In this document: in pieces, positions 57,653 through 64,000 of the stretch
Numbering within the stretch: position 1 is the stretch's first letter
Layout of the letters: the number at the start of each line of letters is the position of its first letter
From: Candidatus Methylomirabilota bacterium
GTDB lineage: Bacteria; Methylomirabilota; Methylomirabilia; Rokubacteriales; CSP1-6
Reading direction: 5' to 3'
NCBI GenBank assembly: GCA_046726415.1
Contig: JBKPAK010000020.1
Span: 14,040 to 78,039 of the forward strand
DNA: 64,000 bases
Program-made: the position numbers and the translations under genes
Notes under the pieces: generated by a model
Told to the model about the DNA's origin: nothing
The model's database searches: none
What the model saw: the letters and a program-made list of their open reading frames with translations, nothing else

Positions 57653-58801
57653 CTATTTGATGAGCTGCTTGGCCAGATCCTGGGTCTTGACGATGTCCGG
57701 GAGCAGCTCTTCCGAGTCGATCTGGGTCAGGCTCACGCCCGGGGGGACAATGGCGTGCGGGTCGCCCGGTTCCACGCCGAGGAAGCGACTGTTGGTCTGG
57801 AGCTCCTTGGCCCAGGCCACCTGGGCATCCCGGGAGAGCAGCCAGTTGACGAAGAGCCTTGCCGCGTTGGGGCGGGGCGCGCGATTGAGCAGCCAGACAG
57901 CGCTGCCCGAGGCCTGGTAGTCCATCTCCGGCAGGAGGACCGTCTTGACGTTCTTGCCGACGCCATGGGCCTGGAAGTCCTGGAGCGTCAGCGCGTTGAG
58001 GCCGATGGCGATGGGATACCGTCCGCGCACCATGAATTCCGTGAGCTGATTGCGATCGCGACTGAGGACGGGCTCTTGGTCGACCAGCAACGCCTTCATG
58101 ATCCCGTCGCCCAGCTTCAGCCGGGCGACCGTCAACGGCCAGAACGTAGAGCCGATTGCCCGCGGGTCGGAGATCGCGATCTTGCCCTTCCACTTGGGCG
58201 CGAGGAGATCCGCAAAGCTCTTGAGCTCGCCGTCCTTCACCCGGTCGACGTTGACGAACACGCCGACCGCGCGCACGAGAGTGAAGGCGTAGGCCAGGTG
58301 CTTGTCCTTGTCGAGAAAGCCGGCCTCGAAGCCCCCGCGCCAGTTCGCGTCGTTTCTGGCCTCGGGCGCGACGATCGCCGGCTTCACCGGGTCCCAGACC
58401 CCCGCCGGCTTCAGCACCTGCAGCGCGGTGCTCGTCGGCATGGTGGCGACGTCCCAGGTGAAGAGGCCGGCCCGGCGCTCATTGAGAATGCGCGGCGAGA
58501 AGTCCACCGGCTCCAGGTTGGTGTGGTCGAGCTTGATCTCCGGATAGGTCTGGGTGAACAGCTTGAACACGCGCGCGTAGCCCTGACCGGTGAAGGTGTT
58601 GACCGCGAGCTTGCCTTCCTTCTTTGCCGCGGCCACCAGGTGGGTCCATTCCGGCGAGGCGGTCACGGCCTCGGCCCGCGCGGACCGGCCACCGGTCGCG
58701 GCGAGCGCGGCGATGCCACCGGCCCACGCGATCGTGCGAATCAGGACCCGCCGTGAAGGCCGGCTCCCCGCGGCCGTCCGCTCACCCTGAGCGTCGCGCA
58801 T
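57653..58801 (-). CDS. Orphan ABC solute-binding protein, Tat-exported; paralog of 4602-5708
   Basis: SRRVL; shares TWDVAT.PTSTA, VDQEPVLSRD, EFMVRGRYP, VKTQD with 4602-5708. Confidence 0.88.
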   Translation of the reverse strand: MRDAQGERTAAGSRPSRRVLIRTIAWAGGIAALAATGGRSARAEAVTASPEWTHLVAAAKKEGKLAVNTFTGQGYARVFKLFTQTYPEIKLDHTNLEPVDFSPRILNERRAGLFTWDVATMPTSTALQVLKPAGVWDPVKPAIVAPEARNDANWRGGFEAGFLDKDKHLAYAFTLVRAVGVFVNVDRVKDGELKSFADLLAPKWKGKIAISDPRAIGSTFWPLTVARLKLGDGIMKALLVDQEPVLSRDRNQLTEFMVRGRYPIAIGLNALTLQDFQAHGVGKNVKTVLLPEMDYQASGSAVWLLNRAPRPNAARLFVNWLLSRDAQVAWAKELQTNSRFLGVEPGDPHAIVPPGVSLTQIDSEELLPDIVKTQDLAKQLIK

Positions 58802-58843
58802 GGTTCTGGTATCTTACCCGGGCCGTTCAACGATGATCGAGGG

Positions 58844-59989
58844 ATGAAGGGCAGCCGCGAGCGCATCCTGACCACGCATGCCGGCAGCCTGCCGCGGCCG
58901 GACGACCTGCGCGACATGCTCATCGCCCGGGACGAGGGCAAACCATACGATCGCGAGGCCTTTGCGGCACAGGTCCGCCGCGCCGTGGGCGAGGTCGTCC
59001 ACCACCAAATCGACGCCGGTCTCGACGTCGTCAACGACGGCGAGCTGTCGAAGCGCAACTTCACGACGTACGCGCGCCAGCGCCTGGGAGGGGTTGAGAC
59101 GCGGCCGCCGGCGCCAGGAGAGCGGGTCCTGGCCAAGATCTACGGCCGGGACGCGGCGGAGTTTCCCGAATACTTCGCTGGGCGAGGGAACCTGGCGGGA
59201 CGCGAGGCAGTCTGCAGAGGGCCACTGACGTACACCGGGCGCGACGATGTGCAAGAAGACATCGACAACCTCAGGGCGGCGCTGGTGGGTGAGGCGGTGG
59301 CCGAGGCGTTTCTGCCGGCGGTGGCCCCCGGCACAATCGAGCACTGGTTGCACAACGAGTACTACGCGAGCGATGAGGCCTACCTGTCCGCCATCGCCGA
59401 CGCGATGAAGCTCGAATACGAGGCGATCGTCGGGGCCGGCTTTCTCCTGCAGATCGACGACCCCGACCTGGCCGATGCTTGGCAGATCCACCCGGCGATG
59501 AGCGTGCCGGAGTATCGAGCGTTCGCCGCGCTGCGGATCGAGGCGCTCAACCACGCGCTGCGCGACATCCCGCCAGAGCGCGTGCGCTTTCACATGTGCT
59601 GGGGCAGCTATCACGGCCCCCACAAGCACGACCTCCCACTCCGCGACCTGGTGGACCTGGTGTTGGCCGTCCGCGCTCAGGGGTATTCCATCGAGGCGTC
59701 CAACCCCCGCCATGACCACGAGTGGCGGGTGTGGGAAGAGGTTGAGCTACCCGACGACAAGATCCTCATCCCAGGCGTCGTGGGTCACGCCAGTGACTTC
59801 GTCGAGCATCCCGAGCTGGTCGCCGAGCGCCTGGTGAAGTACGGCCGGGTGGTCGGCCGCGAGCGCGTGATCGCGGGGACAGACTGTGGCCTGGGACCGC
59901 GTGTCGGTCATCCCAGGATCGCGTGGGCCAAGTTCGAGGCGCTCGTGGAGGGAGCACGCCTGGCCACGCAGCAGCTCTGGCGACGGTGA
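58844..59989 (+). CDS. Cobalamin-independent methionine synthase II family (MetE C-terminal-like) protein
   Basis: TTHAGSLPRP, LQIDDP, Zn ligands HMCWG and TDCG. Confidence 0.88.
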   Translation: MKGSRERILTTHAGSLPRPDDLRDMLIARDEGKPYDREAFAAQVRRAVGEVVHHQIDAGLDVVNDGELSKRNFTTYARQRLGGVETRPPAPGERVLAKIYGRDAAEFPEYFAGRGNLAGREAVCRGPLTYTGRDDVQEDIDNLRAALVGEAVAEAFLPAVAPGTIEHWLHNEYYASDEAYLSAIADAMKLEYEAIVGAGFLLQIDDPDLADAWQIHPAMSVPEYRAFAALRIEALNHALRDIPPERVRFHMCWGSYHGPHKHDLPLRDLVDLVLAVRAQGYSIEASNPRHDHEWRVWEEVELPDDKILIPGVVGHASDFVEHPELVAERLVKYGRVVGRERVIAGTDCGLGPRVGHPRIAWAKFEALVEGARLATQQLWRR

Positions 59990-60022
59990 TCGCGCGACCG
60001 CGCGCCGGGATGGGTCGATCGC

Positions 60023-60051
60023 TTGACAGGGTCTGGGGCTTTGGCTAGAAC
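60023..60051 (+). promoter_or_regulatory. Sigma70-type promoter for the sugar-type ABC operon
   Basis: TTGACA (60023-60028), 17 nt spacer, TAGAAC (60046-60051). Confidence 0.55.
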
Positions 60052-60132
60052 TGCTCGCAATCCATCGGGCGGGTCGCACGGGGCGGCGCGCACAACCTCG
60101 AGCTGTTCGACGCGCGGTCGGGGAGGTCAACG

Positions 60133-61575
60133 ATGAGCGACCCGGGTTCACGCAAAGGGATCAACGGCGCTCACCAGGCCGTGACGCGACGGACGGCGTT
60201 GCGCGTTGGCCTCGCGTCCGTCGCCGCGGGGGCGGCGGGCGTGGCGCGCGCGAGGCCCGCGGCCGCCCAGATCGGGGGGGCCCAGCCTGCGGCCCCCTCA
60301 ACGCCGTCCGGGGAGCTCAAGAACCCGGCCGAGTTCAAGCCGCCGCGCGTCAAGGCGAGCGCGCCCACCACGCTCACCTTCTGGCAATACGTCGGGTTTC
60401 ATGTCAACGCGCAGCGCTTCATCGCCGACGAGTACAAGAAGCGCTTCGATCCGAACCTGGCGCTGGAGATCACCGCCTTCCCCGGACTCAATGAGCAGCG
60501 CGTGGCCGTCAAGGCCGCGCTGGCCGCCCAGAGCCCTACCCCGGACATTATCGCCGTCGAGCCGGGGGCCTACGCGGTCGACGTGTATACGAGCGGCAGC
60601 GTGCTCGACTTCACCAAGGTCTTCGCTCAGGATCCCGACTTCCATCGTGGCTTCTGGCCGAACGCGCTCGAGCTGCTGACCATCAACGGAAGCGTCGTCT
60701 CCGTTCCCGCGGTCACCAACACGGTGATCGTCTATTACAATAAGGCGCTGTTTGCCCAGCACGCGCTGGAGGTGCCGCAGACCCTGGAGGAATTGAAGAA
60801 GGCCGGCGCCGTCCTCAACGCCAAAGGCATCGCGCCCATCGCCTACCCCGCCGGACAGGACCGGAACTTTCCGATTTTCCCCTTCTACACGTATGCCGGT
60901 GGCACCAAGGCCGACAGGCTCCTGCGCGAGGCGGATCTGGGCCGGAAGCCGTGGACGAGTCCGGAGCTCGTGGCGGCCGCGGAGTTCGTGGACATGCTGG
61001 CGAAGTCCGGCCTCTACGCCAAGGGCCCGCTCGGCATCAAGGAGCCCGACGCGATTTCCATCTTTGCCGGGGGCAAGTCGGCGATGTTCTGGGGCGGGCA
61101 GTGGATGCGGCGGTCCATCCGGGCCGCGCTCCCTCCGGGATTCGACCTCGGGATCTTTGCCTTCCCGGCCGTGGTACCGGGCGGCCACAAGCCCGTTCTC
61201 AGCTCGGTCGGGATCACGCTGACCGTCAACGCGCGCAGCAAGCAGCCTGAGCTGGCTTTCGAGATGGTCAAAGCGATCACCGGCGCGTGGGGGAAGATCG
61301 AGTACACACGGAATCTCGGCCTCTCGCCCAATGGCCCCATCAGCCCCGAGGCTATCGCGTACCAGATGCAGTCGCTCAAGGACCCCCTCTATCCGGAGTT
61401 CCTCAAGCTCCAGCCGACAGGAACCACGCGAGTCATCTTCACGCCAGCTGTGGAGGAGGCGCTCACTCAGGGGATGCAAGCGCTCTTCGCGGGGCAGAAG
61501 ACGCCCAAGGCCGTCATGGAGACCGTGGAGGCCGCCTCCCAAAAGGTCGGCGTCCGCAAGTTCAAGGTTGGCTGA
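60133..61575 (+). CDS. Carbohydrate-type (CUT1) ABC substrate-binding protein, Tat-exported
   Basis: TRRTAL; YYNKALF, F..GKSAM; GGAGG RBS. Confidence 0.88.
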   Translation: MSDPGSRKGINGAHQAVTRRTALRVGLASVAAGAAGVARARPAAAQIGGAQPAAPSTPSGELKNPAEFKPPRVKASAPTTLTFWQYVGFHVNAQRFIADEYKKRFDPNLALEITAFPGLNEQRVAVKAALAAQSPTPDIIAVEPGAYAVDVYTSGSVLDFTKVFAQDPDFHRGFWPNALELLTINGSVVSVPAVTNTVIVYYNKALFAQHALEVPQTLEELKKAGAVLNAKGIAPIAYPAGQDRNFPIFPFYTYAGGTKADRLLREADLGRKPWTSPELVAAAEFVDMLAKSGLYAKGPLGIKEPDAISIFAGGKSAMFWGGQWMRRSIRAALPPGFDLGIFAFPAVVPGGHKPVLSSVGITLTVNARSKQPELAFEMVKAITGAWGKIEYTRNLGLSPNGPISPEAIAYQMQSLKDPLYPEFLKLQPTGTTRVIFTPAVEEALTQGMQALFAGQKTPKAVMETVEAASQKVGVRKFKVG

Positions 61576-62506
61576 AGCCCGGGCGCTGACCTGGGCGGGG
61601 CGGGCGGCAAGCGCCGCGCGACCCTGGCGGTATCACCTGACCGGGTACGTGTTCGCAGCTCCGGCGATCCTGGTCCTCGCGACCTTCCTGCTCTATCCGA
61701 TCGGCTATTCCGTGTGGCTGAGCTTTCACGAGTGGAGCGGCTATACCCCGGAGTGGGGAGGGTTCGTCGGCCTCGCGAACTACGCAGCCCTGGTGCGGGA
61801 CGAGGTCTTCTGGAAAGCGACGGCGAACTCGATCGCCTTTGTCATCGTGCGGACCCCGCTGGAGGTCGGTCTCGGGTTTCTCCTGGCCCTCCTGCTGAAC
61901 CGCCGGATGCGCGCCCGCTCACTTCTCAGAACCCTCTTCTTCGTCCCCGTCGTGATGTCGCTGATCGTCGTCACCATCATCTTCCAGCGGATCTACGAGC
62001 CCAACACGGGGCTGCTCAACACCTTCTTGCATGGCATCGGCCTCGGTGGCCTCGCCCATCCGTGGCTCGGCGATCCGGTCACGGCGCTCCCGGCGGTGAT
62101 CGCGGTGTCGGTCTGGAAGAACGTCGGCTTCAGTCTGGTGATCCTGCTCGCCGGGCTGCAAAGCTTGCCCCAGGACGTCATCGAGGCCGCCCGTGTGGAC
62201 GGCGCCAACGCCTGGCAGCTCAGCACGCGCGTGGTCACGCCGCTCATGCGGCCCATCCTGGTGCTGACCGCGCTGCTCTCCGTCATCGGCGGGCTGAAAG
62301 TCTTCGATTTGATCTTCATCATGACCCGGGGTGGGCCGTCTTACTCGACCGAGGTCCTCGCCACCATGCTGTATCGCCACGCTTTCGAGCTGAACGAGAT
62401 GGGCGTGGCGTCGGCCATCGCAGTCATCTTGGTGGCAATCGTCCTGGGTACGGCCCGACTCCAGACGTCCCTCCTCCGCGAGCGCAGCGACCAGGGCCAG
62501 AGATGA
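61568..62506 (+). CDS. Carbohydrate ABC permease 1
   Basis: FVGLANY, EAARVDGA, TRGGP. The TTG start is uncertain. Confidence 0.85.
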   Translation: MAEARALTWAGRAASAARPWRYHLTGYVFAAPAILVLATFLLYPIGYSVWLSFHEWSGYTPEWGGFVGLANYAALVRDEVFWKATANSIAFVIVRTPLEVGLGFLLALLLNRRMRARSLLRTLFFVPVVMSLIVVTIIFQRIYEPNTGLLNTFLHGIGLGGLAHPWLGDPVTALPAVIAVSVWKNVGFSLVILLAGLQSLPQDVIEAARVDGANAWQLSTRVVTPLMRPILVLTALLSVIGGLKVFDLIFIMTRGGPSYSTEVLATMLYRHAFELNEMGVASAIAVILVAIVLGTARLQTSLLRERSDQGQR

Positions 62507-62540
62507 GCGCCGGGGACTCTTCCGCGGCCGGGCAAGCGCG

Positions 62541-63392
62541 GTGACGGTTCGGCCGGCATGGCGCGAGCGCAAGCTGGGCGCGGCATCGCCGGCCGCGCTA
62601 CTGGTCCTCCTCATCGCGCTCGCGATCTCCCTGGCCCCGGCCCTCTACATGCTCAGCATGTCGCTCATGGACAATCCCCAGCTGTTCGCGGGGCGGGTGG
62701 TGGCCTGGCCGCTCCGGCCCGAAAACTATCCCCATGCCTGGGTGGCCAGCGGTATCGGACAGCTCTACTGGAACAGCATCGTCGTGTCGACGGTCTCGAT
62801 GCTGGTCACCGTGGCCATCTCGGCCCTCGCTGGCTACGGTCTTGGGCGCATCCGTTTTGCGGGGCGGGGCGTGGTCTACACGCTGGTGCTGATCGGCCTC
62901 ACCATCCCGCTGCAGATCGCACTCATCCCGCTCTTCATCAACCTGCGCTCTCTCGGGCTCCTCAATACTCGGCTGGCCCTGATCGGCCCGTACACCGGCT
63001 TCGGTCTGGCCTTCGGCACATACATCATGAAGGGCTTCTTCGAGAGCCTCCCCCGGGAGCTCGAAGAGGCGGCTCGGCTCGACGGCGCCGGGGAGTTCGG
63101 CATCTTCGCTCGGGTCATGCTGCCGCTGACCAGACCGGCGCTGGCCACCGTCGCGATCTTTTTGTTCCTACAGAACTGGAACGAGTTTCTGTTCGCGTTG
63201 ACCTTCATCACCGAGGGGGCGATGCGGACACTGCCCACGGGCATCTACGCCCTCCTCTCCAGCGAGTTCTACGGGAACTACCCCCTCCTCGCCGCCTCCC
63301 TGGTGCTGTTCTCGGTTCCCGTCTTGGTGCTGTACTTTCTCTTCCAGCAACAGTTCATCGAGGGGCTCACCGCAGGCGCGCTGAAACACTAG
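62541..63392 (+). CDS. Carbohydrate ABC permease 2
   Basis: ELEEAARLDGA, WNEFL, QQQFIEGLTAGALK. Confidence 0.88.
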   Translation: MTVRPAWRERKLGAASPAALLVLLIALAISLAPALYMLSMSLMDNPQLFAGRVVAWPLRPENYPHAWVASGIGQLYWNSIVVSTVSMLVTVAISALAGYGLGRIRFAGRGVVYTLVLIGLTIPLQIALIPLFINLRSLGLLNTRLALIGPYTGFGLAFGTYIMKGFFESLPRELEEAARLDGAGEFGIFARVMLPLTRPALATVAIFLFLQNWNEFLFALTFITEGAMRTLPTGIYALLSSEFYGNYPLLAASLVLFSVPVLVLYFLFQQQFIEGLTAGALKH

Positions 63393-63402
63393 CAGCATGT
63401 CG

Positions 63403-63532
63403 CGGAATCGAGGGCGCGCCACGGCTTCGCCGAAGGCGTCCCGCGCATCGGGGGGATTCGAGGGGCCGCCCCGGCTTCGCCGGGGGCCCCGAGCGTCGGG
63501 GGGGTTTGGGGGGCCATTTCGGGGCCCCCCAT
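63403..63532. repeat. Composite REP/MITE-like hairpin repeat (two GA[A/T]TCGAGGG-hairpin units plus terminal core)
   Basis: Two GGCTTCGCC hairpin units, then a core nearly identical to 9733-9766. Confidence 0.8.
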
Positions 63533-63565
63533 CTCAACAGCCCCGCAGGGTAGGATAGCGCCGTG

Positions 63566-64000
63566 ATGCCATCTGAGCGTGACGGAGTCGACGTCAGCGA
63601 TCCCTGGGAGGCGATTGAGGTTTGCTACGAGCGGGGCTGGACCGACGGGCTGCCTGTTATCCCGCCGACCGAGGCTCTTGTCGGCCGGATGCTGGCGTCC
63701 GGGCCGTGGGCCTCCGATCACGTGCTTCTGTTCGAGCCTGTGCGTAGCCGCGCGGTAACGGCCGAGAAGGCGGCCATCAACGCGGTGCTGGCCGGATGCC
63801 GGCCGGAGTACTTTCCGGTGGTTGGCGCCGCGCTCATCGCCATCGGCGATCCGGCATTCGAGCTCCACGGTCCGGCCACGAGCACGGGCGGCGCAGCCCT
63901 CATGGTGATCGTGAACGGCCCCGTCCGGCGGCGCCTCGGCGTCCAGGGCACCGCCAATCTGTTCGGGCCGGGGTTTCGCGCCAACGCGACGATTGGTCGC
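63566..64000 (+). CDS. Conserved uncharacterised protein of the WTDGLPxxPPT family, truncated by the window end
   Basis: Manual translation GWTDGLPVIPPT, EKAAINAVLAGCRPEYFPVV, GFRANATIGR. Absent from the ORF track because there is no stop. Confidence 0.75.
   Translation, partial: MPSERDGVDVSDPWEAIEVCYERGWTDGLPVIPPTEALVGRMLASGPWASDHVLLFEPVRSRAVTAEKAAINAVLAGCRPEYFPVVGAALIAIGDPAFELHGPATSTGGAALMVIVNGPVRRRLGVQGTANLFGPGFRANATIGR

Noticed and set aside
63403-63532. Possible mini-CRISPR array
   Set aside because: Units are degenerate hairpins without unique spacers, and no cas genes are present.

Overview
GC-rich, gene-dense bacterial DNA. The gene content (many Rieske oxygenases, Tat-exported ABC solute-binding proteins, TRAP, type III CoA-transferase, G/C-run hairpin repeats) resembles Candidatus Rokubacteria/Methylomirabilota soil genomes, but that assignment is inference only. 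No rRNA, tRNA, CRISPR array, integrase or transposase was recognised. The centrepiece is a compact, translationally coupled hybrid NRPS-PKS operon of about 19.5 kb on the minus strand (50526 to 31014). Its order is Sfp PPTase; NRPS C-A(Thr)-T-E-C-T, whose second module has no A domain; PKS KS-AT(malonyl)-ACP-aminotransferase; NRPS C-A(Gly)-T-C-A(Gly)-T; and a stand-alone TubC-N-docked thioesterase that has a Cys nucleophile and apparently lacks the triad Asp and His. Flanking DNA encodes an aromatic-catabolism operon (extradiol dioxygenase, CarAa-like Rieske oxygenase, ABC importer, SDR) and a single-chain triple-RidA protein. It also carries a P450 with a second PPTase, a peptidase-S51-like protein fused to a CysRS C-terminal-like domain, and a NikMN/CbiMN-Q-O ECF transporter with a probable CTG start. 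Further genes include a TRAP system, a degenerate HATPase-GNAT gene next to a mini nucleotide cyclase, a MetE-like enzyme and a sugar-type ABC importer. Several decayed gene remnants and a REP/MITE-like repeat family are also present.
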